Positions 1 through 11,460 of a stretch of DNA of 64,000 nucleotides are shown here, in pieces; the first letter of the stretch is position 1, and each line of letters begins with the position of its first letter. A model generated the notes under the pieces. That model was not told the DNA's origin and searched no databases. It was given only the letters and a program-made list of their open reading frames with translations. This DNA comes from Azolla caroliniana. Its lineage: Eukaryota > Plantae > Polypodiophyta. The DNA lies in contig JBHGNT010000004.1 of assembly GCA_043228905.1 (NCBI GenBank), forward strand, positions 20,212,001 to 20,276,000. Direction: 5' to 3'. Both the position numbers and the translations under genes were made by a program.

Positions 1-2648
1 GTCTCGTCGTTGATTACCGCGGATTGAATAAAGTCACCATCTGGAATAGGTATGCACTTCCTCTTATATAAAGTCTTTTAGAGCGAGTTAATGGTGCCAA
101 GTTTTTTACTAAAATGGACCTACGAGGAGCGTATAACCTCGTGCGGATCCGACCGGGAGATGAATGGAAGACCGCCTTTCGCACGCGGTATGGGCATTTC
201 GAGTATACTGTTATGCCGTTCGGCCTAACCAATGCACCCGCAGTCTTCCAACACATGGCAAATGATATATTCAGAGACCTCTTGGATATCTGCTTGATCA
301 TCTATCTGGATGATCTATTGATTTATTCGAAGACCCAGGAAGAGCACGATTCTCATGTACTATTAGTACTAAAGCGACTCCGCGAGAATGGTCTTTATGC
401 CAAGCTAGAAAAATGTAGCTTTGACTGCAAGAAAGTGGAATTTCTAGGCTACGTCATCTCCTCAAAAGGCATCGCCATGGATCCAGCTAAAATCCAAACT
501 GTACTAGAGTGGCAAATTCCACGGTCGATACAAGATGTTCAATGTTTTCTAGGTTTTGCTAACTTCTACCGTAAGTTTATACAGGATTACTCGAAGATTA
601 TTTTACCTCTCACACAACTTACGAAGAAGGGCCAAGCATTTCTTTGGTCCATCGAAGCAGATATGGCTTTTCGGCATCTTAAGAAAGCCTTTACATCAGC
701 ACCGATTCTAGCTCATGTGGATACAAGCAAACCATTCATCATGGAGGCCGACGCATCAGATTTTGCCCTCGGTAGCATCCTTTCTCAACAAGGAGATAAA
801 GATGAGTTGCATCCGGTGGCTTTCCATTCGCGCAAATTTGATGTCGCAAAAATCAACTACGAAATACATGACAAGGAGTTATTAGCCATCGTGGATTCAT
901 TTGTGCAATGGAGGCACTTCTTAGAGGGCTCTCCACATCAGGTCATTGTCTTTAGCGATCATAAAAATCTTGCTTATTTTCAGAACGCTCGCGTACTAAA
1001 TCGACGGCAAGCTCAGTGGGCGCAATTCCTCACGCGTTTCGACTTCAAAATCACATATCGACCGGGGAAGCAGCAAGGAAAAGCAGATGCACTATCACGG
1101 CGTTCATATCTTGCACCTCGTCCTGGTGATCCAACATTTGATAATCAAAAGCAAGTAATCTTGGGACCAACACGATTGCACACAACGCGGATTTTTCACA
1201 CCCCGATGGATTCACAGATTACCAATGACATACGTACAAACTTGAAGATGGATAGTTTTGCGCAAGACATCCTGGCGCACATTGATGGTTTGTTATTCTT
1301 TAAAAAGCGTGTATATGTCCCCGATTGCTCCTGTCGCCTTCAAATCGTCCAGCATTGTCACTACACCCATACGGCGGGACATTTCGGTAGTACTAAGACG
1401 TTGGAGCTAGTGCAGCGATCTTTTTGGTGGCCCCACATGCGCCGTTTTATCGACGACTACGTTCGGACCTATGATGCTTGCTGCCGAGAAAAGATGCCAC
1501 GACACCATCCATATGGCTTGTTGGAACCCTTACCGATTCCAAGTAAGCCGTGGCAGTCTATTTGTCTTGATTTTATCACAGATCTGCCGGTCTCGCAGGG
1601 GTTCGATGTTATCTTAACTGTCGTCGATCGATATACGAAGATGGCACATTTTGTTCCGTGTACTAAGGCCATCACTAGCGAGGAAATCGCCGCCCTAGTC
1701 ATGCGTGAGGTGTTTCGGCATCATGGCCTCCCAGACAGTATCATCAGTGACCGAGGACCGCAATTTGTCTCCAAATTTTGGCAGCATCTCTTCAAGATGC
1801 TCAAGGTCTCTTGCAACCTCTCCTCCGGCTACCATCCTCAGACCGATGGGCAGGCAGAACGAACAAACCAAACGCTGGAGCAATATCTCCGGTGTTTCCT
1901 GAGTTATCAACAGGACGATTGGGCCGAGATTCTCCACTTTGCGAAGTTTGCGTATAATAATGTTGTTCACTCCTTGACTCGAGTCTCCCCATTCTACGCT
2001 TATACCGGTTCTCATCCTCGCTGGTCGGTGATCGACACCCCGAAGCTACCTACCAATCCTCGTGCCGGGGATCATTTGGAGAGACTACGCAAGATCCAGA
2101 CAGATCTCTCGACTCATCTTCGTCATGCTCAACAGACACAAAAGACTTACACGGATCGTCATCGGCTTCCCTCCTCTTTTGCCATCGGAGATCGAGTATG
2201 GCTCTTACGTCGTCACATCAAGACTACTCGACCGTGCGACAAGTTGGATTATCGACGACTCGGTCCTTTCCGTATTACGGGTAAGGTTAATGATGTCACA
2301 TTCCGCCTTGATCTCCCTCCACAGCTTCAGATACATCCGGTTTTCCATTGTTCTCTTCTTGAACCTTATAAAGCAAACACCATTCCCGATCGTGTTACAC
2401 CACCGCCGCCCCCGTTGGAGTTGGAGGCCGGCCCGGAGTATGAAGTTGCTGCCATCCTCAATTCCAAACTTATTTGCAACAAACTTTATTAATTGGTTGA
2501 TTGGCTTGGTTATAGTCCGAGCGAACGCACTTGGGAACCCGTCGAGCATGTTGCCAATGCTCAGGATCTGCTTGTTGATTTCCACCGAAAGTATCCGGAC
2601 AAACCTGGTCCGCAATCAGCGTCGACTCATTCCACTCGTCGTCTTTAA
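1..2648 (+). mobile_element. Ty3/gypsy chromovirus (Tcn1-like) pol, cut by the window start: RT, RNase H, integrase, chromodomain
   Basis: ORF 114..2492 has RT motifs (DLRGAYNL, MPFGLTNAP, YLDD), RNase H (EADASDF, ELLAIV), integrase (GHFG, DFIT, SDRG, GQAER) and a GPF motif. After an internal TAA at 2490-2492 the frame continues LVDWLGYSPSERTWEP (chromodomain) to TAA at 2646-2648. Confidence 0.95.
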
Positions 2649-2659
2649 GGGGGAGATAG

Positions 2660-3030
2660 TGTCATGATATGGCAAGACTCGAACCCATGACCTTATGGTA
2701 TATGGGTCGAGCTCTTAACCATCACACCATCTATTGTAATTCATAGGATATTATTTTCATTTATGTTTTATTATAAGAAAGTAATGTATATTCCAGATTT
2801 CTCTGGAACATTCTAGAAGTTTCAGAATTACTCCTGACAACACTATAAAAGAAGGCACTAGGCATTATGTTGAACCAAATTGGTTCAACGCCAGTCTTAA
2901 GCCTTTTAGCCATTTTTGTACTTATCCTTCACATAATATATTGGCTGTCATCATCATCTCTCTCTCTCTCTCATCCCCGCCATCTCTCTTTTCGCTTCTC
3001 TCTTTCTCTCTCTCGAGAGAGACTTACGCA
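2660..3030 (+). repeat. 3' LTR of the chromovirus (right boundary approximate)
   Basis: Polypurine tract AAGGGGGAGATAG (2647-2659) is directly followed by TGTCA at 2660. TATAAAA occurs at ~2844. The CT-rich end reads ...GAGACTTACGCA. The partner LTR is outside the window. Confidence 0.7.
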
Positions 3031-3047
3031 GTCCCGTCCTCTTAGTA

Positions 3048-4751
3048 CTAATAGTACTGCTCTTCTTTAGTACTAATTCCATCTCTACTTAGTACTATTC
3101 CTAACAGACCGGACCTCGCTCCAATCTTCTTCCGCCTCGTCTTCCGATTGTTTCGGATTATCGACCGGTTCATTTTCCGGTCGGGTCGGTTCCCGACTCT
3201 CTCCTCCTTGCCGCTCCCGACCTCTCCGTCGGTGCTCTTGTATATGCCCGTTCTGGGCCTCGCATCCTCATCTTCGCACGTGTTCGCTCCGGGCCATGCC
3301 TCCTCACGGCCACCGTCCTTCTCTCCGGTCTTATGTTGGCATTCGATCACAACCGCCGCATTCTCCGGCCCCGGTGTCGAGGGGTCTCTCCTCTGTCTGC
3401 TATGACCTTCCTCTTCGACGTTTCGATCGTCCGCTTTGCCACCGCCACCGCCCATCGCTCTAGGTCTCACGTGGGCTCTCGGGCCGACCACCGGAGCCTC
3501 TAGGGCCAGTGTGGGTAAGGACCCGGCACCCCCACTCGTTGTGTCCGTAGCCGCTTCCGTCCGGACGTCGTTGTCCGTGGCTACCCCACCTCCGATCGCG
3601 CAAGCCTCGATTACGCTTGGTGTCGTCTCTTCCATGTCGTCATCTCGGTTGCCCGCCTTGCCGCCACCACCGCCCGTCGCTCTAGGTCTCACGCCGGCAC
3701 TCGGACCGACCGTCGGAGCCTCTAGGACCGGTGTGTGTAAGGTCGCGGCACCGCCGCTCGGTATGTCCGTAGCCACCTCTATCCGGACATCGTTGTCCGT
3801 GGCTACCCCGTCCCCGATCGCGGAAGCCTTGATTACGCTTGCCGCCTCCTCTTCCTCGATCTCCATGTCGTCGTCTTGGTTGCCTGCCTTGCCGCCGCCA
3901 CCGTTCATTACTCTAGGTCTCACACCGGCTCTCGGGCCAGATGCCGGAGTCTCTAGAATCGGTGTGGGTAAGGACCCGGCACCGCCGCTTGTCTCCTCCC
4001 CACTCAATGTTTCGGGCCGCCATGCCCCGAATCCGTAGTTACCGGCCTCCATGGCCGTCCCTTCACCGCAAGGCAAGAGGGTCGCTTGCTCCGCACCCTC
4101 TTCCATGTCGCCATCGTACGCTCTTCCGGCCTCCGTATAGGCCCCGTCTTCTACGCTTAGGGAGGCTTCTTCCTCCGCATACTCCGATCGCCTCCGACCC
4201 GACTCCATAGTAAGCCCTTCTTCGGCTTCGATTTTCCCCTTCACAAGCTCGCATGCCTCTTGTATTAGCGCTTCTAGGTCAAGCTCCTCTGAACTGTTTT
4301 GCGTTGTGCTCTCTTCCGGTGGTAGTGCGTACTCACTCGCCGCTCTCTCTTCTCTGCCGCTCGCGGGCCACGTTGTTGCCGACCGCTCCCCATCGAGTTG
4401 CCGGCATACCCACTCCGGTTTCGTGTATCCGTACGCTTCCAATAGGGCTACCTCCAAGGACACCCACAACTCGTGAGCTTCTCGTAGCTCCTTGACCTCC
4501 TTGTGCACCGATGCGGCCGTCACTCGAGGAAAATACTCTAGCCGCATCTCCTCGTCCACGCCCCCTTTCGCCATCTCGGCCTTGTAGGCTCCCAAAAATT
4601 TTGGGACCTCATTCCCATTGAACCGGCCGACTCAATCGACCACCCTTTCGACAGCTTGTTGAGCCACATCTCGCTTTGCCATCTTCCATCCGGCTTCCAT
4701 CACGATTTTTGCCATCATCTCCTCGAAGCCGAAGTCTTCTTCCATCTCCAT
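3048..4751 (-). pseudogene. gag-derived ORF of a putative non-autonomous gypsy element: Gag-like N-terminus plus acidic/Gly-rich repeats, with one in-frame stop
   Basis: ATG at 4751 lies just after a PBS. GRFNGNEVPKFLGAYKAEM...RLEYFPRV...YG aligns with GRFSGKDATKYLASYGAEM...RLAGFPRV...YG of the Gag near 10680. One TGA at 4634-4632. No zinc knuckle, protease or RT is visible. Confidence 0.75.
3430..3995. repeat. About 2.5-3 coding tandem repeats of 222-231 bp within the gag-derived ORF
   Basis: CTCTAGGTCTCAC recurs at 3458, 3680 and 3911. The peptide unit SGGAGSLPT...GPRAGVRPR..GGGGGKA is repeated. Confidence 0.9.
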
Positions 4752-4767
4752 GCTCCCTTGCCGCCCC

Positions 4768-4784
4768 TCACGTCGGGTTCACCA
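4768..4784 (-). other. Primer-binding site (tRNA-Trp) of the outer gag-only element
   Basis: The plus strand reads TCACGTCGGGTTCACCA, the 3' end of plant cytosolic tRNA-Trp as I recall it. It is 4 nt from an LTR end (TGTCG at 4789) and identical to 10826-10842. Confidence 0.85.
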
Positions 4785-4808
4785 AAGATGTCGCGTTGTT
4801 ATGCGCGT

Positions 4809-5418
4809 TGTCAAGGTATTCCTCGCGGAAGCATGGAATGAGGCGGGACCTCGGGGGTCCTGTACCGAAGAGCAAGAGAGAAAGGAGAAGAGACCCACTA
4901 CGTGCGAGAGTAGATTCACAGGGACACGGCCCTTCGACACAAAGACGCGAGTGGGACATCGACACAGAGAGACACGAATGTATGTATGTATTAACAAAGA
5001 CAGACAACCAAAACACGAAGTCGGTTACAACCGAACAGGCCGGCGAACAGATGCCGATACTTGTTCGTAAACGCACAGAAAGGAAGGAGGAGGTTGGAGG
5101 TGCTGCCGGAAGCACTCGGGCATTCCTTAGAGCAGCGCGAGCCTGCCGAAACCTGCACAAAAGGAAGCTATGGAGTTTGCGAACCAGAGAGAGAGAGAAG
5201 CCTTCGCACACAAACCGACAGCACTTCGTCCTCGACTCTCCGCGATCCCCCCTCCCCTCCTTGTCTCCCTCCTTTTATAGGCAAGGAAGGAGCCGTTTCC
5301 TATTAACTTCCTACCTACCGAGGATCTTCTATGTACAACATAAGGCGCACGTGTATGAAGAGCCGGTTCCTACGCTCCGGTGCACCGATTCCGCTTGTGG
5401 ACGGTTTTCTTCATGACA
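4809..5418 (-). repeat. 3' LTR (610 bp) of the inner gypsy element
   Basis: TGTCAAGG...TTCATGACA. About 11 substitutions versus 10847-11456 by eye. The adjacent PPT reads GGTTAGGTGGGGGCGGA on the minus strand. Confidence 0.96.
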
Positions 5419-5491
5419 TCCGCCCCCACCTAACCGCGCATCCACCGGCATGCGCCAAATTGAGTTGGGACGGAGAAAACCGGTCCAGCCT

Positions 5492-8400
5492 TTATTCCCC
5501 GCCCGTCGGTTCTTCTTCGGTTTTGGATCGTTCGTCGTCCCGGTCCAGGTTATCTGGATCCGGCTCGTCGTCGTGATGCTTCTTGAACGCTTTGATCCGC
5601 TTCCCAGCTACCGGTATCGCCATTCTCGTGCCGTCGAGCTCCGCCAGATGGTACATCCCGTTGTCGTTGGCGCTTTGTACCACGTAAGGCCCGAACCACC
5701 TTCTTGCGAACTTCCGTGTTGCTCGGTGCTGGTTGTCGAGGCTGCTGTCGTAGACTAGCACCCAGTCGCCTTCCTCAATCTTCTTCGGTCGGAGCCGGTG
5801 CGTTCGGTCGAACCGGGCTTTGTTCCTGATCCTTGCCACCCGAATCTTTTCCGTAGCTCGCTCTACGTCCTCCGGTCTTCGCTCGAGCTGTCGTATGCAC
5901 GCCGTCAACAGTTCCTCCCGGCTCATCTCGTCTCTCCAGTCCACGGTTGCCCATGAGGAGATCGTACGTTCCATCGGCATGACCGGCTTCTGCCCAAACA
6001 TGAGCTCTGCCGGCATGAATCCGGTTACCGAACTGTGCGTAGTTTGGTCAGCCCATAACGCGTAAGGCAACAGCCGCGACCAGCTCCCGACTTGACCTCC
6101 GCATGTCCGAACTAACGCCTTGACGATCGGTCCGTGTCCGCGCTCCACCTTCCCATTCGCCTCCGGATTGTACGCAGTGGTAAGCGAGAGCTTGACTCCT
6201 AGCCGGTCGAACAGCTCCTCGGCCTCTTCGGCGTCCAACTCCCCGCGATCGGCCACGATCTTCCCGACGCACCCGTACCAACATATCACGTCCTCGATCA
6301 GGAACCGACATACGGCCGCGGTCGTTTTGTTCTGAAGGGCTCAACCTTCCACCTGGTTCGTCAAATCTTCCCGAGCCAGGACCAGATACCGCATCTGTCC
6401 TACGCCCATCGGCATCGTCCCCAGATCTACCATCCATTTGAAGTGGATGGTCGGAGGGTACGTAGGGTGAAGCTCGCATCCGGCGTCATTGTCCTCAGAA
6501 ATCCACCGATCTAGAGCCACTCGTCGTCGTACCTGCTCTCGTCGAAGTCGTTAAGTGTCGGAGTGCTCGTCCCATCGGTCGTCACGTACGCCGCCTCGAA
6601 GAAGTCCACGCCGACTTCTTCGTCCTCCGAAACCATGCCGCTCTCGTCATCAAACCTCGCCCTCGAAAGCATGTCGGCCATGGCGTTGTCCTTTCCGGAA
6701 ATGTGCCGTATTTCCGGGTCCAGGGACTTGATGTACGCTATCCACCGGAGCATCGCCAGGTCCAGTGTCGCAAATCCGGAAACCATGCCGAGAATCGGCA
6801 GGCAATCCGTCTCGATAACCACTTCTGTCCTGATCAGGTAGTCTTTGTCGGCCTTTACTGCCGAAACGATACCCCAGAGTTCGCGTTTAACCTGGGCGTA
6901 CCCTCGTTGTCGCTCACTGAGGACCTTCGCGCCGAATCGGATCGGGAACCGAATGCCGTCCTGGTCTTCTTGGTTGACGACCCATCCTATCCCGGTCGGG
7001 CTCGTATCCATTGTTATGTATACCGGGGTACCCTTCTCGTAGACAGCCTTCCGGAGCGCCGGTGCTGCCGCAAGAGCTTCCTTTAGCTTCCGGACCGACT
7101 CCGTGTGCTCGTCTCACCACTCGAATTTTCGCCCCTTTTTCAACAACCCGTATAGTGGCTCCGCAATGTGGGCGTAATGCGGGATCCATATGTGGTAGAA
7201 CGCGCAAGCCCCCAGGAACCTCCGAACTTCCGTAACCGAGCGACAGTCGGTCTTCATCGCAGAGATGGCTTCTACCTTCGCCGAAGACGGCTTCCGGCCA
7301 TACGGTCCACATAGGTGTCCGACCACCAGGATTTCTGATTGCCCGAAGGCCGATTTCTCCCCGAAGAAGGTGAGCCTCGCATCCTCTAGCCTTTGTAGCA
7401 CCTTCTCGCAGTCGTCGATGTGTGTTGCCACGAATCGCCGGCATCCGTCCGGTCCGAGTGTTGCATCCTTCTCTTCTACCGGGCACCCCTTGATCGGAAT
7501 GTCGTCTAGAAATGGCATGGTGATGTCCGGGATGCAATCCCTCAGTACCTTGTTCATTGCATTCACCATGTGGGCCACCGAGTTGGTCCCTCCTTATGGC
7601 AGGGTACACATTCGCACTAGGCCGAGGGGAGTTCGCATCGTCGTAATGTCTCTGCTCTCCACGGCTAGCTGGAACTGGTCGTACCCCGAGTACAGATCAC
7701 CGACCGAGTAAATCGACCTTCCGGTGAAGGCCTCCGCGAACTCGTCTATGGTCGGTCCGATTCCTGCATTCCAAATGGTCACTCTGTTGACCGGCTGCAG
7801 GTCCTGAATGAAGCGCAATGTTCCGTTCTTCTTTGGTACGGTAAACCATCGGTTCGAGTATGGCGCGCTCGACGGTTCGAGAATACCCATATCGACTTTC
7901 TGCCTCAGTAGCTCCATCAACTCCGGGATGTGAACTCTTGGTATCGGAATCGGCTTGAGACTCCACGGCACATGCGGTACCGTGAATATCACCATCGGCT
8001 CCACGATTGTCGGGTCTACGCACCCGATCTCTTCCGGCGAGAATGCGAAGGCTTTCCTGTGCCTTCCGAGCATTCTCCGAAACCGGTCTTCCTCCGCCGG
8101 CAGTAGGAACCTGCCCCCACCGATCTTGAGCTCCCGGAGCGTCCCGTCGGTGAAGGTGTGTCCTATGCAGGCCGGATCTCGTAAACTAGGGTCCGACGCC
8201 ACCCCTCTGATTCGGGACTCGCTGCCCTCCGGCAAGGGTGCCGCGACTGGCCTTACCTTCCGGTCCACAATCTTGTACCTCGTGCTAACTCGGGCCGTCC
8301 GATCCGACCCGAGCCCCTGACTGAAGTCCGCGATGACTCCGTACATCTCTTCGGAACATACCAGTATCGTCCGGTCTTCGTTAAGGTCTTCGCCGGCAAC

Positions 8401-8685
8401 CTTCCTCAGCATCCCCAAGGTGTCGTCGAAGGAGACCGCCTCCACGGCTCCGCTGATTTCCTCGTTCGGGCCGAGAACTCCGCACGCTCGAAGTCGCACT
8501 TCCGCCCTTGTCTTTTCTCGACCGACGATGCCGACTATCATACACCCTCCGTTGTTGGAGAAGCAAAATTTCCTACCTATCGTACAGGGTTCCTTCGGTT
8601 TCGGTTCTATCGTACAGTCGTGGGGTCTTTCCCGAGTGTCCGGACTGTCTCGGCCCCACGCCTTGGCAGCCCTCTCTAAAAATCC
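5492..8685 (-). pseudogene. pol (RT, RNase H, integrase) of the inner element, with nonsense codons and an internal deletion
   Basis: RT (DLYSGYDQF, TLP*GGTNS, FLDD), RNase H (DTSPTGIG, ELWGIV, ETDC), integrase core (VDL, ADRGE, NGKVER) and WFGPY. Stops at 7594, 7114, 6511 and ~6341. Confidence 0.92.
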
Positions 8686-10802
8686 TCCCGGTTCTCGCCA
8701 CCGAGGGATTCGCGGTTCCGCTCGTGGTTCGGTCGCACCGCCAGAAATTGGACCGAATGGCGCCCGTCCTGGCTTTTGACCCTCGCGTAGGCCGAACCGT
8801 TGTCTAGCACCTTGGTCTCCATTCTCGCCGCCGTGATGTATGGTTCCCCTAATATGACCAGGTGCGAGGACGTCTCCTATACGAAGAAGTGTTGGTCAAT
8901 CTCGACGTCGCCGATCTTTACTCGCACATTCGGGCAGGCCCCGTGCAGTTCCTCGGTGGCGCGCGTCGCCGCCCGTATCTTCCACCCGTGCCTGGTGTTG
9001 ATCAGCCACATTCCCTTCTTATAGAAGTCCATGGACATTAGGTTTATTTCTGAACCGTGGTCCACCAATGCCACCACCGGTTCCTGAACATCTCCGATCT
9101 TTACCGGGGTCTCCGTGGTCGCTCGGGCCCAGTGTGGCCTCGAATAGTGGCTCTCCACCCACTCGTCTTCCATCGCCATGTCGTCGATGTGCGTCGTCTG
9201 CACCTCCACCGGTCTTTCCAGTTCCGTCTCCGTCGACAGCCTCTTCCGTTTCACCAGGTCCACAATGGAGTCGTGGAACTCCTTCTTGGCGATCCCTAGC
9301 ACCTCCCGCAATGACAGCTCCACTTTGTTGTCGAGGATCCGTTCTTCTAGGACCTTTCGTAGGTCCGTAGTCCTTTCTATTTCCGTCCCCAGTCGGTATC
9401 TGGCCTTCCTGGGGTTATCTTGCGAGCCGGACCCACCGGCATCATTCCGTCGTTGCCCGAATCGGGTCTCGTACCGTTGTGAGGGCCCGGCCGCTCCGGC
9501 TTTCCCCACTCGCTTGTCTTCTACCAGAGCCTCGTAGTTCCGGCAGGCGGCTTCTACGAAGCCCGTCTTCTCCTCGACCGGATCGCTCCACCCGGTTATT
9601 TCCCAGACCCGTCTCTCAGCGCGATCTGTTTCGTCTTTCCTTAGCCGTGCGCCGGCAAGACCTTCCAGCATTGCCGACCAGAATCCGTCTTTGCCCTCCT
9701 TTCGGGCCTCGCTGCCCCCGACCCGAATGCCGGCCGACGCCGAGTAGTGGATGGCCTCCACGTGTCGGGCCGCTGCTTCTTCCATCAGTCTCTTCATACC
9801 TCCTCGTCTGTCGTTTCGGTTTAGGGCCCTTCTGGTGTCGCCGGCGTGCACCCGGCCTTCCCACAGGTACACCACCCGGTTCCTCAACGCTTCTGCGAAA
9901 TCGCCGCAGTCCTTCCGGATGTGGCCAACCTCGTCGCACCACATGCACCTGTTCCCTCCTGCCGGCCGTCGGTCACGAGCCGGTTCGCCGCCTTCCCTTC
10001 GAGTCTGGGCGATCTGGAGATCCTTTATCGCCCGCGTCAACTCCTCCAGCGCTACTCCTCCGGACGAGCCACTGACCATGCCGGTCGCAGCCGGACCGGT
10101 TTCGAGCCATTCCCAGGTTTCTTCCCTCCGCCCTTGCGGTGCCGGTTCAAGCCTCCTTGCTGTGACAGACCCCGCACCGGCCGCCCCGTTATCAACCCAT
10201 TCTCGCCGTTTGTCGAAACGGCCACAGACCCTCTTAACCGCAGCCCAGTCGGTCGTCAGCCCGTCTTAGGTTTCCAGCAAGGAGCCGACTTGATCCCGGT
10301 CCCGCTCGTCCACCGACTTGACGAACAGTAGGACCCGGCTCATATCCAGAACGGTTCAGTCAAGCGCCGAAAGGCGCGCAAAGCGTTCTTCGAACTCCCA
10401 GAGGAGTGCCGACGCGTTTCTTACCTTGCCGGGGGACTCCACCCAATCCATGAAGTCTCGTTTCGAAAGCCGGAGCGCGTCGTCCAGCCCGTATTTTTCC
10501 AGGAGTCGGCCTTCGAACTCCTCCCAGGTACGGCTCTCCGCCCGCACCTCGAGCACCTCCGCATGGATGCTCGGCATCGCCACTCGAGGAAACCCGGCAA
10601 GACGCCTCTCTTCCGGAATGTCCCGCATCAGCATTTCTGCCCCGTAGGATGCCAAATACTTCGTGGCATCCTTTCCGCTGAACCGGCCGATCGTACCGAC
10701 GACCGCCTCAATGGCTCTGTCGAGGGCGCCGGAGCCCTCGCGTGCGCTCAATATCCGATCCACGGCCGAAGCCATGGCCTCTGCAAGATCCGACCCTTTC
10801 AT
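8676..10802 (-). pseudogene. gag-protease ORF of the inner element, with nonsense codons
   Basis: ATG at 10802 (MKGSDLAE). Zinc knuckle CMWCDEVGHIRKDC. Aspartic protease ALVDHGSEINL...VILGEPY. Premature stops at 10356, ~10266 and 8877. The frame ends REDF* at 8678-8676. Confidence 0.9.
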
Positions 10803-10825
10803 CTTCTGCTCTTCTGCCGCCTCCT

Positions 10826-10842
10826 TCACGTCGGGTTCACCA
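10826..10842 (-). other. Primer-binding site (tRNA-Trp) of the inner element
   Basis: TGGTGAACCCGACGTGA on the minus strand, 4 nt after the 5' LTR end. Confidence 0.88.
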
Positions 10843-10846
10843 AAGA

Positions 10847-11456
10847 TGTCGAGGTATTCCTCGCGGAAGCGTGGAATGAGGCGGGACCTCGGGGGTCCTG
10901 TACCGAAGAGCAAGAGAGAAAGGAGAAGAGACCCACTACGTGCGAGAGTAGATTCACAGGGACACGACCCTTCGACACAAAGACGCGAGTGGGACAGCGA
11001 CACAGAGAGACACGAATGTATGTATGTATTAACAAAGACAGACAACCAAAACACGAAGTCGGTTACAACCGAACAGGCCGGCGAACAGATGTCGATACCT
11101 GTTCGTAAACGCACAGAAAGGAAGGAGGAGGTTGGAGGTGCTGCCGGAAGCACTCGGGCATTCCTTAGAGCAGCACGAGCCTCCCGAAACCTGCACAAAA
11201 GGAAGCTATGGAGTTTGCGAACCAGAGAGAGAGAGAAGCCTTCGCACACAAACCGACAGCACTTCATCCTCGACTCTCCGCGATCCCCCCTCCCCTCCTT
11301 GTCTCCCTCCTTTTATAGGCAAGGAAGGAGCCGTTTCCTATTAACTTCCTACCTACCGAGGATCTTCTATGTACAACATAAGGCGCACGTGTATGAAGAG
11401 CCGGTCCCTACGCTCCGGTGCACCGATTCCGCTTGTGGACGGTTTTCTTCACGACA
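10847..11456 (-). repeat. 5' LTR (610 bp) of the inner gypsy element
   Basis: TGTCGAGG...TTCACGACA, about 98% identical to 4809-5418. TATAAAA on the minus strand at ~11311-11317. Confidence 0.96.
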
Positions 11457-11460
11457 GCGT

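Larger units (their letters stand above)
4809..11456 (-). mobile_element. Two-LTR non-chromovirus Ty3/gypsy retrotransposon, defective, with 4-bp TSD GCGT
   Basis: Direct repeats at 4809-5418 and 10847-11456 with TG...CA termini. PBS at 10826-10842, PPT at 5419-5435. GCGT at 4805-4808 and 11457-11460. Domain order is gag-PR-RT-RH-INT. Confidence 0.96.

Noticed and set aside
4768-4784. tRNA-Trp 3'-end match as a tRNA gene (also 10826-10842)
   Set aside because: Only 17 nt including CCA, adjacent to LTR ends. These are primer-binding sites.
5492-10802. Several premature stops in the inner element look like C-to-T changes (CGA/CAG/CAA) that U-to-C editing could repair
   Set aside because: U-to-C editing in seed-free plants is organellar. 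Methyl-C deamination in a silenced, GC-rich nuclear element explains the pattern.
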